The notes below the pieces were generated by a model, which saw nothing but the letters and a program-made list of their open reading frames with translations, searched no databases and was not told the DNA's origin. The position numbers and the translations under genes are program-made. Source: an uncultured Planctomycetales bacterium (lineage in GTDB: Bacteria; Omnitrophota; Gorgyraeia; Gygaellales; Profunditerraquicolaceae). Taken from it: 64,000 bases of DNA. The stretch covers positions 5,742 to 69,741 of the forward strand of contig CAZJFL010000001.1 of the NCBI GenBank assembly GCA_964545575.1, written 5' to 3'. Of this stretch, positions 18,866 to 29,367 are shown one piece after another; position 1 is the stretch's first letter; each line of letters begins with the position of its first letter.

Positions 18866-19363
18866 TTAGATTTTGAAATAGCCGATGATTTCTTTTATTC
18901 TGGCGATTTCATCTTTTGCGGAAGAGTCTTTCAGCTGCTTAACCTTCTGCTGCATAGCGGCGGTCATCTGGTTAAGCGAATTAACCAATTCCTGAAGCTG
19001 ATCGCCCTTTCTGATCCGAAAATCAGCGGTCAAATCCCCGGAGTGCAATTTTTCAATCTCCTTTTTTATCCTGTACAAAGGCCCGGATATCTTGTGGGAG
19101 ACCAGCATCGTAAGCAGGGCTACCGAGATTGCGGAAAATATGGTTACGATGATTAGCGTAACCAGTATTAAAGGCAGCAGGAAATCAGCGGTATTTTTAA
19201 CCACCACCTTGGTGTTTTCGATAGCAACAGTAGTGGAACTTCTGGCTAAAAACAAAAGCAGTCCGCCGATAATGATGCTGGAAATAATCACGATCAGCGA
19301 GAACCTCAGTATAAACTTACCCTGGAACGACTTATCGATAAAATAATTCCTTCTCTTGATCAT
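18866..19363 (-). CDS. Two-TM HAMP-domain membrane protein
   Basis: SHKISGPLYRI...GDL..RKGDQLQELV..LNQM; no output domain. Confidence 0.75.
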   Translation of the reverse strand: MIKRRNYFIDKSFQGKFILRFSLIVIISSIIIGGLLLFLARSSTTVAIENTKVVVKNTADFLLPLILVTLIIVTIFSAISVALLTMLVSHKISGPLYRIKKEIEKLHSGDLTADFRIRKGDQLQELVNSLNQMTAAMQQKVKQLKDSSAKDEIARIKEIIGYFKI

Positions 19364-19380
19364 CTTAAAAACCCTCCTCT

Positions 19381-19923
19381 TTATTCTAACCCTAAGGATT
19401 TATAATCCATCCTGATGGCGCTCTTTTTGGCTAAGGAAGTCAGCCAATCATCCAGCGCCTTTCTCTGTTTTTCTATAAAAAGCTCCAGCTTTATCTGCTC
19501 GCTTGCTTCGGCAAGATTCTTTCCCGGAAACTCTGCCTTACGCCTCTCGTAATAATCTTTTACCTCTTTTTCGCTGATCTGTATCCCCGAAGCCAGTTCT
19601 TTGATTTTTTTATTCAGGGTAAGCTTAACCAGGGCCTGCTCCCAGAAGAACTGCACATCCTCCAGAAACTTAGGATCCTTATCCAGGCCATCATTTAGCG
19701 CTTCTTTTAAGATTATTTTCCTGTTAATGAAAGTGCTTAAGAATTGCCTGCGGCGCTCCATGGTGGGAGGGTTGCCGTATAGCGATTTATTGAAAGCGGA
19801 ATTAAACTCATCCGCGCTGATTTTTATCTTACCGATACTGATGACGGTTTTGGGGCGCTTGCCGCAACCTAAGCTTACGCAAACAAAGGTCAGAATAACC
19901 GCAAATAAAATTAACTTACGCAT
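19381..19923 (-). CDS. SurA/PrsA N-terminal-like chaperone lipoprotein (no PPIase domain evident)
   Basis: Lipobox SLGC; LKEA...GLDKDP, ISEKEVKDYY. Confidence 0.65.
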   Translation of the reverse strand: MRKLILFAVILTFVCVSLGCGKRPKTVISIGKIKISADEFNSAFNKSLYGNPPTMERRRQFLSTFINRKIILKEALNDGLDKDPKFLEDVQFFWEQALVKLTLNKKIKELASGIQISEKEVKDYYERRKAEFPGKNLAEASEQIKLELFIEKQRKALDDWLTSLAKKSAIRMDYKSLGLE

Positions 19924-19994
19924 CGCTCCTCCTTTTTCTTTACAAAAATATTCTCTTTAAATTCATTATAATACATAATGCTTAAAAACACTAC

Positions 19995-20035
19995 AAAAAA
20001 ATAGGGAGGCCCGCCGGCTGACAGGCCTCCCTTTT
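19995..20035 (-). terminator. Rho-independent terminator after the FHA-like gene
   Basis: AGGGAGGCC/GGCCTCCCT stem followed by a T tract on the minus strand. Confidence 0.8.
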
Positions 20036-20063
20036 AAAATAGAGGTTATGGTTTATTTAGGCT

Positions 20064-23000
20064 TTATAAACCTTTCGGTCCCATTGACCCGTAATAAGTT
20101 GACAGGCTTCCGGGATCTTTCAGGTTTAGGTTCCCGTCGATAAAATCATAGGCGTTGATATCCAGCTTGATATTATCGAAGGCCGAAAAATCCGTAGGTG
20201 TCAAGGGGTGATAAAAATAAAGAGTAGTCGGGTTAATCGGCATGGTAGCAACCACCCGGTGGTCCTTTAAAATCTCGTAATAGGCTATGAGATATTTCTG
20301 ATCGTCAATGAAAAGCAGGTTAGATAGATCTATCGTAAACGGCAACGCCGGCCAGATCTGCATGGGGCCTAGATTAGCTGCTCTCGGCCCAAAAAGCGGC
20401 GGGCAGCATAATAAGTCACTGTCATCATAAAATACGTAACCGGGAGGGCCGCCATTAGTAATATCGATACCCGGGGAAGGATAGACACCCGTAACTGCGG
20501 TGCCGCCCGGCCTGACTATTCCGTGAATCGCGCCGCTGATACCGATTGCCCCGTTAGGCCCGGTAAAATCAGGATAGGCAACTCCGCCGATATTCAGAAT
20601 TAAACCGGGATCGGCTCCGCCGTAACTAGCCGGCAAAAGGTAGTTAGCGGGTAATGCTGAATTAGTATACCCGTTAATCACTTGTATACATACCTTTAAA
20701 GGATTATCCAGAGGGTTGGCAGCGCTTCCCACACCGATGGTCCCGTTAGGCGCGGAAAAGTAAGAATAGCCTCCGGCAATCACGTTCGGGCCCACAAGCA
20801 AATCCGGAGAACCGAACATTACTGGCGAAAAATAATCCTTACCGCCCACTGTCTGCCAAAGGGTTCCGGAAAGGTCCATAAATGCGACGTCCGCAATATC
20901 TGCCGGATCAATCGAATAACCAAACTTAGTGAAGATGAAATTAGAAATATCCGCAGAGATGTTATTGACTTCAAGGGTGCTCAATGCCGGGCACCATCCG
21001 TTTCCGGCGATAATCGATCCTTCGCTTGTCTCTAGGAATACCCCACCTCTGGGCGATACGATTGAGTTAACCAACATATCTCCTATACTGGTAATATGCA
21101 CGATACCGTTATTAGCGGCTATAGAAGCTCCCAACGTACCGTAGCCGGTTATCGGCTGATATAAACCTAGCTTGATTAACCTGTCCGGATTTACTTGATT
21201 GATATAAATGTCGCCTTCCTCCCATGAATAAGCGCTGACAATATCAACGTTAGTATTGATGGGCGAGCCATCCTCCCCGATATCATATCTGGCCAGGAGC
21301 CCTAGATAATGCGCATTTATATCTCCGGTATCGAAGATAGAGCCGTTCAGGGCTGCTACGCCAACAATGTCAGCAGTGAGGTCGCCTAAGTTAACATTGC
21401 CATAACCTGAAAGTAGGCCGATGACGCCTAATGCTCCGCCGCTGGCGATCAGGTCATCGACGGTAATATCACCGTAGGCTCCGGCTAATATCATGCCCAA
21501 GGAAGCACCGCGGGCTCTGATATGGCTGGCATTGATAAGACCGTCCAGCGAAAATAGCCCTACCTTGGCCATGCCTGAAGATGAATAGGAACGAATATTC
21601 TTTACATTTATATCTCCATCAGAAATAAGCAATGACAAAGCCAGCCTATCTCCAATGGCGAGAATCCTGCCTCCAGAAGAGACGGTGATTCCGTCGCTAC
21701 CGGCACGCAAGAAGTTTATAGCTTTGCCTTCTTTAGCAAAGGCGCTGACTTCCCCGCCCTTGGTAATGATGATCTCCTTGGCTGAGAGGTTATTCTCGGC
21801 CTTACCGTGAATAGCCTTGGCATTGACCTCACCACCCTTGGAGACGATGATCTTCTTGGCAGAGAGTTCGTTTTTCGCTTTGCCGCGGATGACTGAGGCC
21901 AAAACCTCACCACCCTTAGTGATGATAATATTTTTAGCTTTGAGAGTATTTTCCGCTAGGCCGCGTATTGCCTTGGCAATAACCTCGCCACCCTTGGTGA
22001 TGATGATATTCTTAGCAGAGAGTTCGTTCTCGGCTTTACCGCGGATGACTTTAGCCTCGACCTCGCCGCCTTTAGTGATGACGATGGTCTTGGCATTAAG
22101 TTCGTTCTCGGCTTTGCCTTCTTTAGCAAAGGCGCTGACTTCCCCGCCCTTGGTAATGATGATCTCCTTGGCTGAGAGGTTATTCTCGGCCTTACCTTCC
22201 CACCAAGAAACAGCTTTAACTTCAGCTCCACTATAGACATTAATATTGTTCCCGGCTTCCAGAGTGTTCTTGGCATCTCCTGAAGAGATAGCAGCAACTT
22301 TAGCTCCTGATTCAAGAGTAATACTCCCAGTCGCTTTAAGATTAGTTGAGGCTAAACCAGCGAATAGATGTAAGGCGCGTACTGATCCATAAACAAAAGT
22401 ATCTCCGCCGGTATTATTGATATTTACTATTGACGGGTCAGCCGGGCCAAAACCAGTAGCGAGTACATTGTATATATAGGTAAGCCCATTGCTGATTATA
22501 TCTACCGTGCTTCCCAAAGCTTGGACATCCCAAATGTTGATTCCGTCAGACTCATTGATATAAATACTGCCTTCTGTTGCTGTTGCCCAAAGATTCTCTA
22601 CCGCGGTGTCGATGCGGCCGTTGACTGCGGAAGTTCCGATAGCATCCCGGGCAAGCATATTTAAATTAGTTGCGATTACATCAAGGGCAGAATCATTATT
22701 GTCGTAAATTCCGCCGTAAGGCACATCAATATCCACCAGGCCGTCAGCAGCAAGGGACTGTATATATTGAGTCAAGGTTAAATTAAGGCTTGAGCCGTAC
22801 CCGCCGAACCTGTGGCCGGGGCCGCTAAGGTAATCAGGGTCTCCTACGCCAAGATAAATATTACCGCTGGCAACCACACCCTGGATGCCTGCGACAGTGG
22901 CGACATTAAGATGGGTGCGCTCAAAAAGATTGATCAGACCGCCTGAACGCGCTGCTAAGTCCATTACCTTTATATTAAGGGGATCGGTTAATGTACCGAT

Positions 23001-26000
23001 GGTGCCGTTGGGCGCGTAGAGCAAGGCATCACCCTGCGCAGCGATAAACGCATTACCTAAAATATTTCCGCCGCCGGTAAGAATATAAGAAGTTCCGTTG
23101 TTAGGGTGGATCGCGGTTCCTGCAAGTACGTCTCCGGGCCCGGTTACCGGAAGGCCGTTGATGATAATATCTTCGCCGCCGGTTACGCCAAGGAGGTTCC
23201 CGCCGCTCCAGTTTGCTTGTCCGGCAATAATCTTGATCTTATTATCCCCAGTTACAGCATAGATGGTAGCCCCGGCATTAATGGTGTAACCGCCCGAACC
23301 GTTACCGTCTGCATCAGCGTTGCCAGTAAAATCTCCTCCGTTAGTCCTGACTTTACCGTTTGCATTGTGGGTGATATCGCCGTCGGCGGTCAAAAAGACG
23401 TCTCCACCAGCAGTATTTATAGGAGCATTAATTGTAAGGTTGGGGTCATCTACGACAGAAATATCCACTGTCCCGGAACCGTTGGTGACTCCGTCAGTGC
23501 CGTAGATACCGTTTGGCCCGAATAAAGCGCTGAGGTTATCAATGACCAGATCGATTACGTTACGTATCCGGATATCCCCACTATTGTTACGGGCAGAAAG
23601 GCTATTGACCTTGGTATCCACAGCATCATTGGTATCTATGCCGGTGATGCCAGTATTTGCAGCAAGCATCAGCTTATCGGCATAGATCATGCCAGCGGTT
23701 TGAGAAATAGAACCGCTCTGGGCAGTTAAAAAGATATTGCTGTTAGAAATCAGGTTAGCTCCCAGATACCTCGTCTCTCCGCCGAGCTTAACATACTCAT
23801 ATAAAACATCGTCATAATCCGGCTCGCCGGCATGATTTAATAACCCTGACAGCTCATATAGATCCTCCCAGCCGAAAACGATGTTACCGTTCTGATCAAC
23901 GCGGAAATGATCTTTAAGATCTTCATTCAAAGCAGGGTTAGAATAATAATCATGGATGGCTCCGAGATTACCGTCAAAGCTATTCTCTTGTATTTTGATA
24001 TGAAATGTCAAAATACCATTCTTCACGGTCCAGTTCGATTCCAATAACTCAAAGCCCCGCGTGCCGCCTATATAGTTTAAAGTAAAATCTGAAACCAGAT
24101 CCAAAGAGTTATCCCCTAAAAGAATATCTCTGCCTGCCAGTATATCAATCACTCCGTCTTCGGTAATGATATTGGCGCCGTCCTTTAAAGTATAATCCAG
24201 GCCGGCATTACCAACAAAATCTCCGCCGTCAGTCATCACATCACCATTGACATAATGGGTGATATCATCTTCGGCAGTCAGACTTACATCCCCGCCCTTG
24301 GTTCTGATGGGATCCTTGACATTGATGCTGGAATGCGCCTGTATATCTACGTTACCGGAACCGGAATTTAGAATTGCGTAACCCCAGCCGGACAGATCTG
24401 TTAAGGTAAGGCCTCCTTCATTGCTTACCTTAATATTACCGCTTGCGCTGTTTCTTGCTTGGAGATTGGAAACTTGCGTCCGTAAAGCATTAGCGGAGCC
24501 AATCCCATTGGTAGCGCTTAAGATAAGCGAATTTACTTTGATATCAAAAGGGTCTAAGTTATTGCTTAAGATTTGCCCTCTGCTAAAAAGTGCTAGTTTA
24601 GTGCTCTTATTTAAATCCAACATGCCGTCGATACTGATATTGCCGCCGATCGCGCCGCTGGCTTCATTGTCGGTACCGATAACAATCTTACCGGCCGTTA
24701 TATTTTCCAAGCCCTGTGCAGAAAGGACAAAATCATAGTCGTTTGCCTGCCAACCGCGGGTCCAACTGACATTCTTGCCCTGCGTAGAAGGAGCAAAATA
24801 AACCGTGCCATTGCCGGCGTCTATAGAAACTATCTGTTCTCCCCCGAATAACCAACCAAAATCATAACGCAAATCGACATCGGCACCGCTTAAAATAATG
24901 TCTCCTCCGTTAGATTTAAGCCCGCCGTTCCAGCCGTTAAAAAATTCTAATGGTTCAGGTATATTCCATTTAACCTGACCAGAACCATTCTTATTATAAT
25001 CAGCATAGAGTTCTATCCTACCGCCATAGGTAGTAATGGTATTATCTCCTAAATCAATATCGCGACCCGCTTCTAAACGAAAATACCTGCCGCTGGTAAA
25101 CTTTTTTAAATTAAGGTTATCGTCAATAATACGTAAATAAATATCGCGCTCGGTCTGCATGGTCAAATTACCATCAAAATTTTCCAGCCAGTCCGCTCTA
25201 ACTATACCTAAAGGATTAGGATACGGCCATCCAATATCTAAAATCCATAAATCCACTGGATCGATAAGCAACTCTCCTGCCTCTCCATAAAGAGAAGTTA
25301 CATCTATTATGCCGTCAATAGTTACATACTTACCGCTTATCTCTACAAATCCACCGTTAGCGCCGACATCCTTAGCACTCACATCAATAGTTCCTGTAGT
25401 AGAAGTTAGGGAATTCTCTTTATCGGCTAATAAATAAACTTCTCCCTTCCCGTCCACTAAGCTTTTTGCTTCAATTACACCTTCATTATTAACCGCTCTC
25501 TTAAATACCCCGTCCAACGCCTTAGCAGTTAAAATTACCTTGCCACCGTCAGCAGTAATTCTTCCGCTATTCTTTACCGCATCATCTTTATGTTCTAAAT
25601 TCTGCGATGTCGCCTCATCAATTACAACCTGAATTAAACCCCTGGGGTCTAAATTCAAAGTTATTTTTTCTCCGGAAGCCAGTGCTATGCTTCCTAAGTT
25701 GGCTTCGATTACGCCCGTATTTTCTACGGTCGAGCCTAAAAGTGCGGCATAACCACCCGGAGCGCTGATATAACCCTGATTCACTACTGATCCGCTTGCC
25801 CCGTAAAAAGTATACCTTCCGGCTAAAAAGTCAGCATCAGATATATTTAAGGTGGAGGCTACTAAGCCGGCTGCGTTTACCTGTGATCCCGGAGCGAATA
25901 AAATGCCGTTGGGGTTAATCAGAAATATCCTACCGTTTGCAGTGAGAGTGCCGAATATTGAGGAAGCATCCGCGCCGATTACCCGGTTTAAAGCTACGGA

Positions 26001-26240
26001 ACTGGCAGAGGGCTGATGAAAATGCACAGCTTCCTGTGCGGCGATACTGAAACTATTATAATTGGCGATCATCTTGTCGGTAGAGACATTGACGTTCATG
26101 GTGTCGCCGCTGCGCTCGAACTCAGCCTGACCGGCGACTACCTGCTCTCCGGTAGGAAGCGCCATGCCGTAACGCGGGCAGAAGACAAAAGAAATGATTA
26201 CCAAAACAGAAATAGCCTTGTAAACTTTTTTCTTTAACAT
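20064..26240 (-). CDS. Filamentous haemagglutinin-like TpsA exoprotein (~2058 aa); start placed at MLKKKV
   Basis: GGAGG RBS; signal peptide; TPS domain (LNRV.G..S.I.G.L.ANG.IFLINPNG); G/N/T-rich beta-helix; next to TpsB. Confidence 0.9.
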   Translation of the reverse strand: MLKKKVYKAISVLVIISFVFCPRYGMALPTGEQVVAGQAEFERSGDTMNVNVSTDKMIANYNSFSIAAQEAVHFHQPSASSVALNRVIGADASSIFGTLTANGRIFLINPNGILFAPGSQVNAAGLVASTLNISDADFLAGRYTFYGASGSVVNQGYISAPGGYAALLGSTVENTGVIEANLGSIALASGEKITLNLDPRGLIQVVIDEATSQNLEHKDDAVKNSGRITADGGKVILTAKALDGVFKRAVNNEGVIEAKSLVDGKGEVYLLADKENSLTSTTGTIDVSAKDVGANGGFVEISGKYVTIDGIIDVTSLYGEAGELLIDPVDLWILDIGWPYPNPLGIVRADWLENFDGNLTMQTERDIYLRIIDDNLNLKKFTSGRYFRLEAGRDIDLGDNTITTYGGRIELYADYNKNGSGQVKWNIPEPLEFFNGWNGGLKSNGGDIILSGADVDLRYDFGWLFGGEQIVSIDAGNGTVYFAPSTQGKNVSWTRGWQANDYDFVLSAQGLENITAGKIVIGTDNEASGAIGGNISIDGMLDLNKSTKLALFSRGQILSNNLDPFDIKVNSLILSATNGIGSANALRTQVSNLQARNSASGNIKVSNEGGLTLTDLSGWGYAILNSGSGNVDIQAHSSINVKDPIRTKGGDVSLTAEDDITHYVNGDVMTDGGDFVGNAGLDYTLKDGANIITEDGVIDILAGRDILLGDNSLDLVSDFTLNYIGGTRGFELLESNWTVKNGILTFHIKIQENSFDGNLGAIHDYYSNPALNEDLKDHFRVDQNGNIVFGWEDLYELSGLLNHAGEPDYDDVLYEYVKLGGETRYLGANLISNSNIFLTAQSGSISQTAGMIYADKLMLAANTGITGIDTNDAVDTKVNSLSARNNSGDIRIRNVIDLVIDNLSALFGPNGIYGTDGVTNGSGTVDISVVDDPNLTINAPINTAGGDVFLTADGDITHNANGKVRTNGGDFTGNADADGNGSGGYTINAGATIYAVTGDNKIKIIAGQANWSGGNLLGVTGGEDIIINGLPVTGPGDVLAGTAIHPNNGTSYILTGGGNILGNAFIAAQGDALLYAPNGTIGTLTDPLNIKVMDLAARSGGLINLFERTHLNVATVAGIQGVVASGNIYLGVGDPDYLSGPGHRFGGYGSSLNLTLTQYIQSLAADGLVDIDVPYGGIYDNNDSALDVIATNLNMLARDAIGTSAVNGRIDTAVENLWATATEGSIYINESDGINIWDVQALGSTVDIISNGLTYIYNVLATGFGPADPSIVNINNTGGDTFVYGSVRALHLFAGLASTNLKATGSITLESGAKVAAISSGDAKNTLEAGNNINVYSGAEVKAVSWWEGKAENNLSAKEIIITKGGEVSAFAKEGKAENELNAKTIVITKGGEVEAKVIRGKAENELSAKNIIITKGGEVIAKAIRGLAENTLKAKNIIITKGGEVLASVIRGKAKNELSAKKIIVSKGGEVNAKAIHGKAENNLSAKEIIITKGGEVSAFAKEGKAINFLRAGSDGITVSSGGRILAIGDRLALSLLISDGDINVKNIRSYSSSGMAKVGLFSLDGLINASHIRARGASLGMILAGAYGDITVDDLIASGGALGVIGLLSGYGNVNLGDLTADIVGVAALNGSIFDTGDINAHYLGLLARYDIGEDGSPINTNVDIVSAYSWEEGDIYINQVNPDRLIKLGLYQPITGYGTLGASIAANNGIVHITSIGDMLVNSIVSPRGGVFLETSEGSIIAGNGWCPALSTLEVNNISADISNFIFTKFGYSIDPADIADVAFMDLSGTLWQTVGGKDYFSPVMFGSPDLLVGPNVIAGGYSYFSAPNGTIGVGSAANPLDNPLKVCIQVINGYTNSALPANYLLPASYGGADPGLILNIGGVAYPDFTGPNGAIGISGAIHGIVRPGGTAVTGVYPSPGIDITNGGPPGYVFYDDSDLLCCPPLFGPRAANLGPMQIWPALPFTIDLSNLLFIDDQKYLIAYYEILKDHRVVATMPINPTTLYFYHPLTPTDFSAFDNIKLDINAYDFIDGNLNLKDPGSLSTYYGSMGPKGL
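21721..22196 (-). repeat. Six 78-bp (26-aa) tandem repeats within TpsA
   Basis: GKAENxLxAKxIIITKGGEVxAxxxx units; 21721-21806 is identical to 22111-22196. Confidence 0.93.
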
Positions 26241-26402
26241 TGTTCCTCCTTGACTTATTAAAAAACTTTTTAAAATATTTAAAGAATAACTGAAAAATAA
26301 CTGGTGGTTTGAATATTTTTTTAGCCTATCTGGCATTTATTTTGGCGGTTCTTTTAACGGAAGGTTATCAATTGAAAACGCTTTCTTTGCACAAGTTGTT
26401 CA

Positions 26403-26431
26403 AGTATAACACTTTTAACTCCAAAAGTCAA
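26403..26431 (-). promoter_or_regulatory. Sigma70-type promoter for tpsA, giving a ~155-nt leader
   Basis: TTGACT-17-TATACT. Confidence 0.65.
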
Positions 26432-26440
26432 GGCGAAGAG

Positions 26441-28171
26441 CTAAAATTTATAGGTGCACTCTACCCAGGGGTGGACGTTGTTCCCGTCCGAAGGTTTCCT
26501 TCCCAGGGGATAGCCGACCTCAACCCTGGCCGTAAGGTCCTTGATATTAAACCTTAAGCCAAAACCCGCCCCTTTAAGGGTGCGGGATTCCTTATCGCCC
26601 GCTAATAGCTTATTGTTTTTGACGCTTGCCCAGTCATAAAAAGCTACCAGCCTGAAGGCGTCATACCATTTACTCTGGGTAAAAGGAATACTTAATTTTT
26701 TAGGTATAAAATAAAGCGGGACAGACCACTCTGCGGAAGTATACCATCCTTTATCTCCGGCAAACTCGCCCGGAGGATAGCCTCTTACGGAAGTGGGGCC
26801 GCCGATCTGCATCTGCTCTGAAGCCACCAGATTATAGCCTGAAACCTGTCCGTTAGCTTTTAACAAGAGGGAAGTTGAAAAAGGCATTGGCTGCAGCCTG
26901 AACATATTAAATATTCCTTTATAGAATCTACCCCCCGCCCCATCCCTAGAGGCCTCAAAGGGATCGCTTTTTTCATCCATTCCTCCGATTATGTGCGGAA
27001 CGCCGATATCTAATTCGGAAAGGATAATTGTCCTGCCGAACCTATCCGTAATATCTAAATCCAGGCCCTGCTTAAAAAGCCTGACATCATCCCGCGATGA
27101 CTCCCCACCTAAGAGATAGTTAATAACATGCTTGTAATCAAAACCGAAACTAAACCTTAAATCTATATTCTCTTTATTAATCAGGGACTGATTCAGGAAC
27201 GCGCCGATGGTGGTGGCTTTACCGCAGGCATCCAGCGGTTTAAACTCCTTGCCTAATTTCAGGTCGCTGCGGGAGTAATATGCTCCGATCTCCAACCCGT
27301 TGTTTAGAGGCAATAAATAGCGCCCGCTTTTTAGCTCGTAGAGCGAGGCTTCGGATTTCTGCAGCTTAAAATATACCCTATCATCCAACCCCAGGAGGTT
27401 ATTGTATTCAAAATTAAAAGACCATCTGTTTTTTTCGATGTAACGGGAGCCCCAGTTATCGTAGTCAAAACCCACGTGCATGGGAAACCTGTCTTTTACT
27501 TCCAGGATTATATCCGTAGTGCCCGGCTCTTTTCCGGGGACTAAAACGGCTTTGGCCACGCGGTCAGGGCTGTCGTTGATATACATTAAAGATTTCTGCA
27601 GCGCGGAATAATCAAAATATCCCCCCTGCTGAACCTTTAGTTTTCTTCTCAGGAGGGATGATTTAAAAAAACGGTTGCCCTGTATCTGGACTTTGCCTAA
27701 CTTACCCTCAATAACTTTGATCACCAATACGCCGTCTTTAATCGTCTGGGGGGCAAGATAGGCGCGGGAGGTCACGTAATTTTTAGCCCGGTAGGCATCG
27801 GTAAGTAAATCCGCTACCTTCTGCATATCGGACAGAGCGAGCTCTTTGCCTTCAAATTGCGCGGTCACTTTATTAATCTCTTTGGGAGTCAATAAAGTCG
27901 CTCCCTCTACCACTATTTTTTTAACCAGGGTCTTCTTGCCTTCGGCTACGGGGGCTCCTGCCGGCGCCTCTTCCTGAATCTGTGGCTTTTTCTTCTTCTC
28001 TTCTATCTTTTGCTCCAGAGCCTTTTGTTTCTCCGCTTCCCGTTCGCGGCTGCTAACACCTCCGGCAGTCTGCGCAGAAGGAGGTACCTGAGCATAAAGC
28101 TTGGCAACAGAACATAACCAAAGGATAACGGCGCTGGATATAACGCAAAAGATTAATGATCTTTTTAACAT
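26441..28171 (-). CDS. TpsB (ShlB/FhaC/HecB) outer-membrane transporter
   Basis: POTRA (Y..KNYVTSRAYL.PQ.I.DGVL.I.VIEG), IGGPTSVRGY, terminal F. Confidence 0.93.
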   Translation of the reverse strand: MLKRSLIFCVISSAVILWLCSVAKLYAQVPPSAQTAGGVSSREREAEKQKALEQKIEEKKKKPQIQEEAPAGAPVAEGKKTLVKKIVVEGATLLTPKEINKVTAQFEGKELALSDMQKVADLLTDAYRAKNYVTSRAYLAPQTIKDGVLVIKVIEGKLGKVQIQGNRFFKSSLLRRKLKVQQGGYFDYSALQKSLMYINDSPDRVAKAVLVPGKEPGTTDIILEVKDRFPMHVGFDYDNWGSRYIEKNRWSFNFEYNNLLGLDDRVYFKLQKSEASLYELKSGRYLLPLNNGLEIGAYYSRSDLKLGKEFKPLDACGKATTIGAFLNQSLINKENIDLRFSFGFDYKHVINYLLGGESSRDDVRLFKQGLDLDITDRFGRTIILSELDIGVPHIIGGMDEKSDPFEASRDGAGGRFYKGIFNMFRLQPMPFSTSLLLKANGQVSGYNLVASEQMQIGGPTSVRGYPPGEFAGDKGWYTSAEWSVPLYFIPKKLSIPFTQSKWYDAFRLVAFYDWASVKNNKLLAGDKESRTLKGAGFGLRFNIKDLTARVEVGYPLGRKPSDGNNVHPWVECTYKF

Positions 28172-28210
28172 CTTTTCCCCCTTTTTTCTCTATTAGATTA
28201 ATATTTTTCT

Positions 28211-28238
28211 ATTATACCTCTAAAATTATCTTCGTCAA
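28211..28238 (-). promoter_or_regulatory. Sigma70-type promoter for tpsB
   Basis: TTGACG-16-TATAAT. Confidence 0.55.
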
Positions 28239-28245
28239 TAAATAA

Positions 28246-29364
28246 TTATACCAAGATGCGCGGAATGCGGCTGCCTAAACCGCAGACGATTTCATAAGAT
28301 ATGGTACCGGAAAGCCCGGCTAATTCTTCGGTGGTAATCTTATCTTTCCCCTGAGCGCCGATTAAGACCGCTTCATCGCCTACCTTCACCGCGGCATCTC
28401 CCACATCTACCATAATCTGGTCCATGCAGACCCTGCCGCTTACGCTAAACCTTTTACCCCCCAGAAGGACCGGCCCCTTGCCGGATAAATTGCGGGGATA
28501 TCCGTCACCGTAACCGATGGGCAGAGTAATAATGCGTGTCGGCCTGCCGGTCACATAGATATGGCCGTAACTTATGCCCCAACCTTTGGGAACCTCCTTA
28601 ATATAGACTACTTTCGTTTTTAAACTTAAAACCGGTTTTAATCTGATGCCGGAGCCTCTTTTAGGGTACAGCCCGTAAATCATCAGCCCGGGCCTGACCA
28701 TATTGAAATAACTCTCGGAGTAGTCGATCACGCCGAGACTGTTCGCCGCGTGGACCAGGGGTATATCTATACCTATATTATGTAACCGGGCAAGCAGCTG
28801 CCGGAATATTTCTATTTGATAGGCGGTAAACCTTTTATTGGTATCAGCGCAGGGAAAGTGGGTGAATATGCCTTCGAGGTTAAGGTATTTTAAGCGGCAC
28901 ACCCTCTTCAGGTAAGCCAGTGCCTCCCGGTGCAGAACGCCGATTCTGCCCATGCCGGTATCGACCTTAATATGCACATTGATGCGTTTCTTCTTTTTTC
29001 TGCCCAGATTATTCAGGGCAAAAGCAACTTCATCCGTACAGATAGTCTGGGCCAGGTTGTATTTAAAGAGCGGCGGTATATCTTTTTTCAGAACCAGCCC
29101 TAAGACCAAAATAGGGGACTTTATGCCGGCCTCTCTTAACCTTATACCTTCATCGATGGAGGCGACGCCCAGGTAATCCACGCCAGAGGCAACTAATCTT
29201 TTAGCCACCGGTATAAGGCCGTGCCCATAGGCATCTGCCTTGACGGTGACCATAATCTTGACGTACCCGGGAATCCTCTTTTTCACCTGATGAAAATTAT
29301 AGGCCAGGTTATCGAGATTAATCTCTGCCCAGGTCGGCCGGTATCCGATATAATTAGTTTTCAT
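28246..29364 (-). CDS. alr: Alanine racemase
   Basis: VKADAYGHG, KVDTGMGRIG, GRVCMDQ. Confidence 0.97.
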   Translation of the reverse strand: MKTNYIGYRPTWAEINLDNLAYNFHQVKKRIPGYVKIMVTVKADAYGHGLIPVAKRLVASGVDYLGVASIDEGIRLREAGIKSPILVLGLVLKKDIPPLFKYNLAQTICTDEVAFALNNLGRKKKKRINVHIKVDTGMGRIGVLHREALAYLKRVCRLKYLNLEGIFTHFPCADTNKRFTAYQIEIFRQLLARLHNIGIDIPLVHAANSLGVIDYSESYFNMVRPGLMIYGLYPKRGSGIRLKPVLSLKTKVVYIKEVPKGWGISYGHIYVTGRPTRIITLPIGYGDGYPRNLSGKGPVLLGGKRFSVSGRVCMDQIMVDVGDAAVKVGDEAVLIGAQGKDKITTEELAGLSGTISYEIVCGLGSRIPRILV

Positions 29365-29367
29365 TTT

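Noticed and set aside
20064-26240. TpsA as a CdiA toxin or DGR target
   Set aside because: No VENN-type motif or recognisable toxin domain, a terminator follows directly, and there is no reverse transcriptase or template repeat.
26241-26400. Long tpsA leader as a riboswitch, or the 32-aa ORF extension
   Set aside because: No recognisable aptamer or strong stem; the RBS and signal peptide support the start at 26240.
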